DNA of 64,000 nucleotides from NCBI RefSeq assembly GCF_001194135.2, contig NC_068983.1, positions 31,817,858 to 31,881,857 of the forward strand, in the 5' to 3' direction. The notes below the pieces were generated by a model. That model was not told where the DNA came from. It was given only the letters and a program-made list of their open reading frames with translations, and ran no database searches. Below, piece by piece: positions 51,988 through 64,000 of the stretch. Source of the DNA: Octopus bimaculoides. Lineage: Eukaryota. Positions within the stretch are counted from its first letter, which is position 1, and each line of letters begins with the position of its first letter. The position numbers and the translations under genes are program-made.

Positions 51988-52049
51988 TCTCTTCTGTTAT
52001 TTATCTAACTTCCAACTAATTAAATCATATTTTCCCAAAGGCAGCTTAC

Positions 52050-52125
52050 CTGTTAATATTGGCACTAAAGAACCACTGGCTAGTTGCTGAGGGAGATGGC
52101 CCACCTCTTGAATATTACTACACAT
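52050..52125 (-). CDS. Candidate first coding exon (possibly gene B)
   Basis: AAAATG start just after an in-frame TGA; MCSNIQEVGHLPQQLASGSLVPILT; strong CAG|gtaagc donor. No acceptor upstream (purine-rich). Lies in a locally CpG-richer region. Confidence 0.4.
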
Positions 52126-53104
52126 TTTTGTTCAAACTAAATTTCAATCTGTCCAGACAATCTCGGTTGCTGAACGTACTTCTTTCTCAGTTTTTGTTTT
52201 CTTTTTACAGACTGCCTTTCTAATTTTTTCATCTCCAATCCTCTCCCACACTTTATCTTTCACACTTTCTCTTTAGTTTTCTTTTCTTCAGACGTTTGTT
52301 TCCCTTTTCAAACACCTCTCTCTCTTTCTCTCTCTTTTTCTCTCCTCTTATACGCTCTCCTCTTTTGTATACATTGCCTTTCTCTTCTCTTCTACACTCA
52401 CTCCCTCTCTTGTTTGTTTTGGGTTTTTTTTATACTTTCTGTCACTCCCCATTATACTCGATCCTCCTCTCACTCTTACGCCAGATTAATAAAATTTGCA
52501 AGTATAAGGCATTTTTTTTTTTCTATTTCAATTTACTAACATCGTTGTTGTTGCTCTTGTTAATGTAGGTGTGTGTCTATGTGTGTTGACTGTGTGTCAG
52601 CACGTGTCTTCTTTTCAATCAAGGCAATGTTTTTGACACTTGAAAGTTTTCCATGACGTGCGTGTGTGTGTATCGGTATGGATTTGGCTGTATGTATGAA
52701 TATTGTAATTCTAGTCATAGCCATCCCATCTTTTATGAGTACATAGGACTGTATTCTCCAATATGTTCTTCTCTTTTTAGCTAATGGTATGCTAAAGGGC
52801 ATTTAGCTGCTGTTTCTAGCTGGTCAAACAACTAACAAAAAGGCTTCTTTATTAGCTCAGTTTGCCTGTATGTGTCAGCGTGTGTGTGTGTGCCCATTGG
52901 GAGTTACACTGCCACTTTTCAATTTGGAATTTTGCTTTTCTCTTTTTTCTCTCTCTCTCTCTCTCCCTCCCTCCCTCTCTCATTCTCTTCAAGTTCCTCT
53001 GACATACCTACACTCCTTTTTCTTTTTACCTCCTTCTTCACCTCTTTTCCTCATGCTTTCACTCTATAATATTGAGAAATTGTTCTTGCTCTTTTTGTGC
53101 ATTA

Positions 53105-53108
53105 CACT

Positions 53109-53142
<34 letters not shown>

Positions 53143-53151
53143 CTCTCTCTC

Positions 53152-53189
<38 letters not shown>

Positions 53190-53190
53190 T
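53105..53190 (+). repeat. Compound (CT)n(CTAT)n(TA)n(CA)n microsatellite
   Basis: Directly visible. Many other di- and trinucleotide tracts occur throughout the window. Confidence 0.95.
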
Positions 53191-53682
53191 ATTACTCATA
53201 CATACACTCAGTTGGCGTGTAACGGGATAAAAGCTGACTGACTTACCATCACCACCATCTCCACTATTTATCAACATTGCTATGTACACCAGCTCCACCA
53301 CCTTTGTTCAAACAGACTAAATCGAGCCAACGAGGGGACCTCTGTATGGTCACTCAACCTGCTAAAAATAACCAGTCAAATCTCTCAGATCCCATCCTAC
53401 TATCACGGAAAAGGTCAATGTGGTTTTCAATTCTCTGTACATAGGAAAAAGATAGGATGGTTACAACCTGTGATCATAGGTCTACTCTATCATGGCTGAC
53501 CTGGGGTTAAATAACAGCAAATAAACTAAATTGTGCCATAAAGGATTGGTTTGAGTAGACAGGCTTGTCTGTTTAATAACATTAACAATTGCTGTTCATG
53601 CTCTTGATGTTATTACTGGCCTTTGTTTTATTTGGAAATGAGATTGTTTTAATAATTTTTTTTTTACTTTCTTTTTCCCTAC

Positions 53683-53728
<46 letters not shown>

Positions 53729-54366
53729 CTATCATTGGTGAGCAGAGAATATTGACATTAGTAGTAGTTGCTGTGGTGGTTGTAATCATGGGGATATTGG
53801 TAGCTAATTTGTACATGTGGTGTTGGTAGAGGTGTTGAATAGATAAATTTTGTGTGCCTTGGGGAGAAACAGGTTCTGAGGTTTCAATCTGGGTCCTTCT
53901 TCAAATCTTTTACTCCTAACCTAACAGCCTTTTAAACTATGGGCTAACAACAGAACTACTTACTACATGGTAGTTCAGCTTAACCACACTCATCTATCTT
54001 TCAAAAAAAAAAAAGGAACACTTTGGGTATCACAGTCTTAGAATACCTTGGAAAAGCATATGGTCAACAGTTGAATGCATTTGATCATAATAAGTATGTT
54101 TGATCAAAACTGACTGGGATTAAACAATAGTAACATTTTAAGCTCTGACTGGAAATACCTATCTACCAGTTTGTCCTTTTGATTGCACCACATAAAAACC
54201 ACCCTGTATATTCCGAAGTAATTGGATTTAGGGAGGACAACCAGCCATAGAAATCATGCCAAAGCTGATAGTAAAGCTTAATACAGTCCTCTGGTTTTCC
54301 AGCTCCTGTTAAACCATCCAACCCATGCCAGCATGGCAAATGGACATTGAATAAGAATGATATGTA

Positions 54367-55578
54367 TTGGATCATCCTATACATAATGTGTTGTTTTTTA
54401 TACCTTTATTTTTCAAAATTAAGATTAACAAAGTCCTTTTTTTAATCTAGAATATATTCTCCTTCAATTTTTACAATACTCTTCCATCTATCTGGTAGAC
54501 TTGCAAAGCCCCTCTTATAATTCACTTATCCGTGATGAAAAATACTCCTCCACTACTGTTCTGACCTCATCTACAGAATTTATAATTTTTCCATCCAAAT
54601 GATTTTGAAGACTGCAGAATAAATGATAATCAGATGAGGCAATGTCTGGCAAATATGGTGGGTGGGGCATCGTTTCCCATTCAAACTGCTGCAGCCTTTG
54701 AAATATCATCCTCACTGTATGTGGCCAGGCATTATCCTGATGGAAGAACACCTTTCGTCTTGAAACTAAAGATGGTCATTTTTTTACTAGCGCTGACTTA
54801 AGCCGCTCAAGCTGCTCACAGTGAATCTCCTTTATTATCATTTAGTTTGGGTTTAAAAGTTCAAAGTGGACTAAACCGTTCATATTCCAACAAATAGATA
54901 ACAACACCTTACATGAGTGAAGACCTTCTTTAGCCTGGGGTGCCAGTGTTTCTCCTTTCTCTGCCCACTATCTTCGGTGCTTGGCATTTCTATAGAGAAC
55001 CCATTTCTCATCAACAGTCACTATTCAGTCAAAAAAAGGTTCATTCATGAGACGTGACAGCAAAGAACACACATTCACTCCCTGTGCATGATTAAACTTG
55101 GAAAGTTTGTGAGGAAACCCATTGACCCAATTTGCTGACTTTTGCGATGGCATGCAGGTGTCAATGAATGGTTCAATGACCAGATCTAGGAGTTACACTG
55201 GAATTTTATTCCACCAGGGTTTGCAGGACATCCATATCTTCTAGGCTGTAGTTTCTGGCTCGGAATTTCTGGAACCACCATTGACACCAGCTTACACTTA
55301 TTGTCCGATTCCCATATACTGCATTAATTTTCCTTGCACTTCCCGTTGTGTTGTTGCTTTTATTGAACTCATAAAGCAAACCCTTCCAAATTTGCTCCTT
55401 TGCCACTTCCATTATAACTTTAAAAGCTGTTCAAATCAAACTGCACTCTTCAAAACTTGCACTAAGTTCAAGGTAAAATTACTTCCCACTTTTATAGGAA
55501 GTTGATGCAGATAGTCTATCCCGTCCCCCTCTGACTTTTAGTTCATGCAGTTGAAGAAACCACATTATTTATGGGATG
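54367..55578 (-). mobile_element. Decayed mariner (DD34D) transposon, about 1.2 kb, with terminal inverted repeats
   Basis: N-terminal LLYEFNK...AVYG..TIS..WCQWWFQKFR; IVTVDEKW; HQDNAWPH...HPPYLPDIASSDYHLF with exactly 34 aa between the last two Ds. TIRs catcctatacataatgtg (54373-) and cacattatttatgggatg (55561-55578); TA at 54365. Stops and frameshifts present. Confidence 0.92.
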
Positions 55579-56859
55579 TGTGTGTGTGTACACACATACA
55601 TACTTACATACACACACACATATACAAGTACACTGTAAATGGTTGATGATAAAAATAAAATCCTACAAGTAAGATATGGTTCCCTGACCTTCTATGAATA
55701 AAAACTGACTTAGCCCATGACTACTCATCTGACTCATGCTAACATGGAAAGTAGACATAAAGTGATAGTGATGATGGTGGCGTGTGTCTGAGTATACACC
55801 CTATACCATCAGTTTTGCATTTGTTCTCTGGGGGGATCAGATAGATCTATAGTACTCTCTATCCTTCATTGTCTCACTACATGAAGTTAGTAGATACTCT
55901 TAAGTTTGACCATTTGACCAAACTAAGTTTTCTTTAAGTTTTTTTTAGTCTAATAACATTTACTGCAGACACCCTTCTATCACCTACTTATACAGCATAT
56001 TTTTATTAGGTGGTTTCTCTCATTGCATGTCTATACCATTGTGGTTTGTAGCACCCCACTTCGGTCACACCCCTTTCTGTTTCTATATGTTGCTTTCATA
56101 CACTGTGCCTTCAATTCCCAGACAGCACCTTCAGTGCCCACTTTTTTATTCTTTCTTTTCATAGGTGCTGGATTGAGGGGTTTTACTGCACATTCTCTCT
56201 TCCATGTGTGTGTGTGTGTACCTCTCTGACATATTCCCTTTCTCTCATTCTTATTTTTAACATTTCTTTTTTCTGCCATTCACCCATCATAATTGTAGCA
56301 ATCCGAGGTTTCTGATATTTCTTGACCTTTTCTTTTGTTTCCAAGTCACCTCTCATCACCTCAATTTCTCTCTCTTGCCCCCTTTCTTTTTCCCCTTTTT
56401 GTACTTTTCTGTCTCCTATATTCTCCCCCCCTCTCTCTCTCTCTCTCCCCTCCCCCTTATCTTATCATCTCACAGTTATTTTCCTCATTACCTACCCTGT
56501 CTGAAATAAATATAAAATTAATTACACTTAAGATAGTTGGAAAAGAAACACATTAAAGAAATTTTATTTTAATGATGGTGTGTTCAAGTAAAGGAGCAAT
56601 GCTAAGGGTGTTTCCTGTGCCACTTTGATGGAGTGGTGGGGAAGTATGAGCTTATAAGGAGGTGTGAAATTGAATTAAAGCTAAGGAAACTGATAGGTCT
56701 TGCTTGCTTTAATTAGAGTTGAAAGTCTGTCTCCACTCCTATACTGGCAGCCTAATCTGACAACCTTGTACTCTGATCATGCTTCACAAACATTCCTATT
56801 TTCTCTGCAAATCCACCTTGGAAATTGTCAGCTCCCAACCCCTTCTGTTTTAAATAAAA

Positions 56860-57210
56860 AGAAAAAAAATACATTATAAGATATAGTCCCTGATATACAA
56901 AAAAATATGAGATGATCACAGCTGCATGCATTTGATCATATGTTTACTAGATCAGCACTGACCTGGGTATAAACAATTACAGCAAAAAGGCACAAATGAG
57001 GCACCACTAAATGGTCACTCAGCTTGCTAGAGATAACAGCCCCGTCTCCCTCAAATTACACCCTACTATTTTAGATAAAGAAAAAAGATATTGAATAATA
57101 TAGTCCAAGATATACACCTAAAATGACAAGATAGTCACAAGTGGAATGCCTCTGAAAATATATCTGCTTAATGAGGGTTGACTTGGGACTAAGCTACAGC
57201 AACAACAGCT
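56860..57210 (+). repeat. Interspersed repeat family E (two adjacent copies)
   Basis: Core tagaaatagcagccaaatctccctcaaatcacaccct...ggatggtcac.gctggaatgcctttgatcat...gacctggggctaaacaacaac. Also at ~1030-1225, 38900-39095, 40670-40870, 48690-48890, 53320-53520, 53960-54130, 58540-58740, 59000-59150 and 62640-62850. Confidence 0.75.
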
Positions 57211-57957
57211 TGAACTTGCTACATTCATATTATAGCTCTAGATTTTGCCACACTTTTTTTTACTATTAGCACTGTTGCATCAATGCAGACTAAGTACATC
57301 TTTGAATATTCTTGTATTGTATTCCTGATAAATCTTCATAATTCTTTCCAAGACCTTACTAAATTGTACCTTAAGCTCATTCAGTAAAGAGGAGAAAAAC
57401 ATTTGCTGCTAGAATTTGGTAGAAATCATTGCAAGTGAGCAGTGTCAAACATTTCAACAACCCAAAAATATTAATCTTAAACTGAATATAAAAAAGATTT
57501 TATTCTTATCATAACCAGTCACTTATATCTGTTAATGTCTTACATACAAAGGGACACATCCACAAATACTTCTTCTATATTAGCATCAGTGGGCATAGAT
57601 ACATACTGATATACTGAGTCATGTCCAACTGAGTTAAATATGCTTCACTGAGGAGGCCTAATAATAATGAAACATGTTCTTAGTTTTCACCAGTTGCTTT
57701 TACGGCAAGATCCATTTTCATCTGTTTTTTATTCCAAAAATTTCAATTAATTTTATTGGAATTATCTCCCTTGTTTGATTCTTTAGATTTTGAACACCTT
57801 AAAGAGATTCTTTGAACTGCATGAATAACCTCAGTTAACAATTTAGTATATTACATATATGAGACCTGTTTGAAGATTTGCAGTTTTAAGTCGATGGAAG
57901 ATTAGCAAGAAATGTAGCATGTCTGTTTCAAGTATTAATTATTTTAATTTAACTTAA

Positions 57958-58176
57958 CCATTTAGCTTTCGGATTACTCTGTTAAATGTAATGCATATTT
58001 ATTCACATTCTTTTGAATTGACCATGCATTATCTTGTGGCTTTAAGATTATGATGATGTGATTGTTTATTTTTAGAATGACATTGTAGGATAGGTGTGAG
58101 AGGCAGGATCTGGCCAATTTGAACATAAAATAGGCAGAATATTTGGGCCAGCTATGGCCAGTTTAAATGCTAAGAG
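57958..58176 (-). mobile_element. piggyBac-type MITE, about 220-bp copy (third decayed copy at ~39233-39430)
   Basis: TTAA|CCATTTAGC...GCTAAGAG|TTAA. Internal sequence matches 16063-16178 and 39233-39430. Confidence 0.7.
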
Positions 58177-59699
58177 TTAAAAGTAACTCATAGCAGTCAT
58201 AAATTGAAACCAATTCATGGATAGCTCAGCTCATGAGGAGTTTACTTCCACCTTACAGTACTTGCATACTTGCTATATTTTATGATACCACTATGTGAAC
58301 ATTTGAAGGTGGGAATTATTCAATCCATATATACATAATTTTTGTTTAAGAATTTCATTCATTTCATTTTGCTCTGGGAATTTCAAGCTATTACAGAGCA
58401 GAAAAGAATTTAATTTTGGTTAGATATTATTATTAATATTAGTAACAGGATAGATATATCCAATTGTAAAATTCTCAAAGAAGGTCATTAGATAAAACAA
58501 TTTATATAGAAACATCTCCAAATACAATATGCCTTTTCATCATAGAACTGCTCTTAGTCAAAGCTGACAGAGAATTAAACAATAGAGCCAGTACAGGATG
58601 TACAGGTCAATGAAGGAGTAGTGGCCTCTTTCAAATTACACTCTACCATCTATAGAAAAGAGAGACACATTGGGATATGCTCTAGGTATAGCCAAGATAG
58701 TCGTGCCTGGAGTGCCTTTCATCATGTTTTTGATGATGATACTATTGTCATATTTTGACACTGCACAGCTAACTGATAAAACATTTGAATGTGGACGTAT
58801 TTAGTAGAGGAACAATAATCTCATTGGATGCAGTATTGGTTTATCATATAATATTATCATCTAACGAGTCATTAGTTTAAAGCTATGACAGGCATTTCAT
58901 TTGTGCTCATGAGTAAGACATTTTTTTTTTACATTGGATCAGTTTATTGGGGGGGGGGTGAAGTCAAACTTTTTTGAGAAATATGCCTTTATATGGTCAC
59001 ATGACATACAAGAAATAGCAACTGAAAATCTCTCAAATCACACCCTATTGCCCTAAAAAATAGATTGAATAATGTAAACATAGAGACACTGTCTTAGAAA
59101 ACTTCAATGAGATAGCCATGGCTAGAATACCTTTGATCATAGGCCTACTCAGAGAGAAAAGTAGAGTTAGGAAGTGCTGACCATATAGACAAATCATTGT
59201 TGTATATGAAAAGATCAAAATATCTATGGTTTCATTGTGAAAGAATTTAAGAATAATAAAATATAGAACAAAAGTTACAAACAAGACAGAAGCAGTTAAT
59301 TAATTATAAAAACAACACACAATATATGAAATAATCAATTCAATATATGTAAAAACTAGCAAAACTAAAATGTGTTTACATATTCAGGATTTATTGCAGT
59401 ACATTTTGTTTGTATCTTCATTTTCATTGTCCTTGGATTTTGTTGATTACAGCAGACAACATTCCTTTTCTTTATTATTAACAAATATATACACTCCTAT
59501 TATTTTCATGAACTTCCGAAGTTTAATTTTGTTCATTGTCATCATCATTATCAGCTGCAGCATCTTCTACTTTTGTAATGAATGTACAATGTTCATTTTG
59601 TGCGTTTCCTGTACAGAATGTATGTGTTTAGCAACACTTAAGTGAGAATATTTATAACTTTTTTTTAGCCTCATGTACACCAATGTTACAGTAATTGTT

Positions 59700-61250
59700 G
59701 TAGAATAAAAAGTCCTTTAGCAAGTTGTTTGTAGTTTGATTGTGATTTCTAGTTAAACATCTTACATATTTTACATTTCTCTCCATCAAAAAATCTACAA
59801 CCTTGTGTTTTTTGTAAGGAACAATATTTCATAGTCCAGCATCTGTCTAAGTATTATATTGAAGCATCATTCTTGTTCAATTTACCTATATTTGTTGTAT
59901 TCTAAAACAGCTTTTTGATCTGCAAGTGGTTAAGTTGGTTGAACATTGGTCTATCAGCTGAATGGTCCATGGTTGCACTATGGAGTGAACTACAGAGCAC
60001 CAAGATCGCAACCCTAGTTTAATCTCTGCCTATAAGCTATTTTACTTACTCTAAAAGGGATTATGGTATGAAAATCCACAGCAAAAGTCAAAAGAGCTAA
60101 TCGCTCATAACTAGTTAGTTCTGACTGAAATTTCAAGCATCTGACGTACAGACCATCTTCAAGTGGTATCCTTATGGAACTTAAATCACATTTCTTATTA
60201 GTTTAAGAACAATAGCACAGCTGAGGTGAGAGGACACTAGATGCCATCTGAGAAGTTGGTATTGTGTGTCTTGTCACTACCACTGTCGTGTTTCTCTGGC
60301 TGTAATTAACTCTCATTAGATTGGATTACTTTGATGTAAGTAGGTACCACAGAGTTGTATAAATTCACCACTGTCAACAGCAAGAGCACTGTCAAATTGA
60401 TGAGTGTTTCCTCATCAATTTGCTGTACTGTGTTAAAGTCTTCTAGCTGGCATGGAGAAGTTAATGTAAAACCATTCTAATACAGTTGGCTCTGGTATCA
60501 TTACTAATAATTTAGGAATACATTTGCATGCCATAGATTTAATTTACCACTTTAATACTATGTTATATCGCCGTTATACTACATTGATTGAAATATATAA
60601 AGTTTTGTACAATTTTTATATATTGTTCATTTTTTTGTTTTGAATATTTCTGATTACCAATTGCCTTGAATTTTCCTTGAACAGTAACCAAAGCTGATCA
60701 TCTTGCCAAGCTTTTTTACTTTTTTTACAGTGATTTAAGAAATCTTTTGTTAGGCTTCACATTTCTCTGTAAGAGAAAATAATTTCATCTACATATGAAC
60801 AGGTGGAATAATTTTTTTAGTTTCCCATTATAAGAAGCGTTTGTACTGTTCTATTGACTGCTGAATTTTCGTTTTAATTGTTCATCATTTCTACATTTAC
60901 TTCTATGAATCCAAAATCATTGGGGATATGTCAATAGGAATTATGAAGCAGGAAGTGTTTTACACCATTTGTTGAGTGTGAGTTATATTAGTTTGTGGAA
61001 TATACTAAGGTTTGGGCCCTGTCTATCCCTGAGAAATGTTCTTCAGTTCAGTTTTCTTTGTATTGAATATAATGTCTGAGCAAGGTGTTTGAATGTTCTA
61101 TTAATCATAATGCGAAATTTTGTATGGGAACCATATTTTCATTCACTATTTTTAACCGTCTGCAGGAATTTGAACAGATGTTTCAAAATCTCTGTAATCA
61201 CATTAGTTCTGAATATTATGATCACCTCTCTAATGTTGATTTAGAGCAGT
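59700..61250 (-). mobile_element. Very old Penelope-like remnant (tentative)
   Basis: Minus-strand traces SYVDEII (~60800), KDFLNH...DDQL, LEWFYIN, and a decayed TTGAAGA-stem-GAAA core at ~60125-60165. Confidence 0.35.
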
Positions 61251-61709
61251 AAGCTATCGTAGCTGGGGGGTAATAAATGGTTTTCATTTCATTTTCATTA
61301 ATAGGACACTATTTCTGGGTTAAAGACATTAATCTAAAAATGTTCTTGAATCTCTCAAAGATTGGAATAAGAGCCAGAATGAAAAACAGTTTAGAGTAGT
61401 ATATAGGTTGATATTTAATAGTACATATTTGTCCCACTTCTAACAAGAACTGTAATACATCTATCTCATAAACTGTGACATTTTATCAGAAACACTAGCT
61501 AAATGTTCATTATTTTATGATTTGTTGTGCATTAGGAAACTGAAAATGAAATCATAAGAACAGAATACAATCTATAGTCAGTGTTATTCATTGATTGTGG
61601 CTTGAATATTGAAGAAATGAAAGAGAACATCTGATTGGTTTATACTGTGTGTTAACGTGCCTTTTTTTTTCTTTTCAGTCTGGTCTTAAAATCTAGAACT
61701 AATAAACCA

Positions 61710-61710
<1 letters not shown>

Positions 61711-61791
<81 letters not shown>

Positions 61792-61806
61792 CCTCTCTCT
61801 CTCTCC
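61711..61806 (+). repeat. (CT)n microsatellite
   Basis: Directly visible. Confidence 0.95.
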
Positions 61807-64000
61807 ATGTCTTGAAAGCATTAGAATGGCTTCCATTTTTATCACCACAAGTGATGATGTTAAATGGCTTGAACCATCAGTGTTCCGAACTTATCCTAAT
61901 ATCTGACATTATGTCTCCTCTATATCCTACGTTATTATATTTGGTTCTGTCACAATCATAATTCATCATTGACATTTCAATTAACATTTTTTTTCCATGC
62001 TGGGTTGTTTTGAAAAGGTCTTTAGTATTGTATATCACCTATTTCTTTCATCTTGCCTCCTCTTATCTGTGAGGACTACCATCCTCAAATATGACACCCC
62101 CACTCCACAGTCTTACTCTGCTATAAACCAAAATACAGAACTTTAATCATCAACAGGTATCATCAAAGCTCATTGCATGTATAAAACAATGCAAACACCT
62201 CTCCTATTTATACTAGTTGACATTTTTAATACCCAATCACTGTCCCGTCTTTTTGATGTTTATTGAATGTAGAATAATGATTTGACTTTCATGTTGGTTG
62301 ATACTGTACATGAAATAAGTTATAATCAACTGATTAATATTCTAAAATTTGATCTAATGCACTCTACATCTTCCTTAACTTACTTCCATTCTATGTTCTC
62401 TCTGCTTCCAGCTTTAATTGTCACAGATCTGTTCTAATAACCAAATGCTAATTCTTTTGTCACTCTCTTCCCAGTCAAATACCAAACAACTTGTCTGATG
62501 TGACTGCCAAATCCCAAATGTTACATTAGCTGACCTCTACTCCAGCTATCATCAGCCATTAACTTTAATGTTACATGAAAATCTCTGATCATCACATTAT
62601 ATTAAATCTGTTCAAAGAAAATCTTCTACATGAGCTAAGAAGCTGTTATGTGACCGATCAACATGCTTGAAATAGCAGCTAAATTTTTTTATAATTACAT
62701 CCCACTGACTTAAAAAGGGTAGTACACATTGAATAATGTAATCCTAGACACTTCATAATTAAGAGAAAAACAGGATGGCCATGGCTCGGATGCCTTTAAT
62801 CATAAGTCTATTCCTTCAGGAATGATGGAGCCAAACAACTATAATAATCTACACTAGCATGCACATGTTGTGACACATACTGAATGAGTATATGGTATGA
62901 GATGGTAGTCATTATGAAATACATCACCAAGTGATTATAAGATGGAAAGGTTTTTAAAGATGTAGTTTTGCAAATTCTTCCTAAATCAAGCCAAACAGTG
63001 TGATAATGGGATCACCCTATTTTCAATCACCTTGATGTACATCCAAACCTCATTGAAGTATCATTAAAGTCAAACTTCTTTTCATAAGTTCCAAACCATA
63101 CTGGTATAGTGTGTGTGTGTGTGTGTACTTGTGTGCAAAGCATGTATTCTCTTCACTTCTTCCTACCTAGCTGACAAACCTGTTCCATTTATTATTTTTT
63201 TTTTTTTTTGTCATGTTTCAGTTGTTAATTGTAGGCTGAACCAATAACTGTAAAAGTAAGGCAAATGCTTGACTATTTGAATTTTAAAGAAATTTTTAAA
63301 TATCCAGCCCATTATTAACATAAAAAAGTATTACTACCAACACCATGCCCTTATATATTTGTATGGATATTATGAAATGAAAGACCTAAAAGAAATAGAA
63401 GTGCCTGTACTAGTCAACTTATTGTTTTTGTATAACAATAAGCCATGAACGTATGAAATTGTACTTTTATGGTTATGCAACTAAGAGGTACACTTTGTAG
63501 CTGCATGGTTTTGGGCTAGATCCACTGCAGAGCAACATTTTGGGAAAGTGTCTTCAACCAAGGCTTTGTGAGTGAAATTTCATAGACAAAAACAGCATAG
63601 AAGTATTTCAAAGTAATCGTTCCTATTCTTAAGTGATAGACTCAGTTCATTGCACAGTTTAATACAACCATGTGGTCTTGTATGCCTTTAATAGAATCCA
63701 TTATTTGCAAGCACTCAAGCCAGGTCTTTGGTCTGATGATTACCTCCACCTGCCTCAAATACCCTGAGAAAGGATCATGTGAAGGCACTGCCTTTTCTCA
63801 TCTAAGCCCTAAAAAAATAATAACTTTGCTTGTTTCCAGTCATTGTGCTGTAGCCTCAGAGACAGCCATATTAATCTCATTATCCTTAACACCTACCTGT
63901 TACATCTACAGCCAAATATCTTAGTGTGTCCCAGGGAGAGTTCAGCATGGGTGGAAACCACATGTTGAGCAAAAGGGCAAAAGCTCACTTAATCTCAATC

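Larger units (their letters stand above)
51460..53420. promoter_or_regulatory. Locally CpG-enriched, CT/GA-tract-rich candidate promoter/5' region
   Basis: By eye roughly 25 CpGs in about 2 kb, against strong depletion in most non-repeat DNA. Contains the candidate first exon and another strong minus-strand donor (G|gtaagt, ~53245). Confidence 0.3.

Noticed and set aside
63670-63924. 84-aa plus-strand ORF or minus-strand LINE trace
   Set aside because: No recognisable domain on either strand.

Overview
AT-rich, CpG-depleted, microsatellite- and SINE-dense eukaryotic DNA with three N gaps. The repeat families suggest a coleoid cephalopod (Octopus-like); this is inference. (1) Plus strand: three phase-compatible internal exons of ASH2L (SPRY domain; 468-545, 3461-3550, 6319-6512). 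I could not find its remaining 3' exons in the visible sequence. (2) Minus strand: an unidentified multi-exon gene with a very acidic C-terminus (at least 10 exons, 32354 down to a stop at 15178), with a candidate first exon near 52.1 kb. (3) Mobile DNA: many RTE-LINE remnants, a well-preserved Penelope RT fragment, a decayed DD34D mariner, piggyBac-type MITEs and at least five SINE-like families. Top hunt result: a tRNA-headed SINE whose tail carries a Penelope-type hammerhead-ribozyme-like core. It occurs at two loci (12.1-12.6 kb, 47.4-47.65 kb), both times as a head-to-head inverted pair, and the first pair is bracketed by a 14-bp direct repeat. Two more long, diverged fold-back hairpins lie at 30.8 kb and 45.3 kb. 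All translations and alignments were done by eye; family names come from motif recognition, not database searches.
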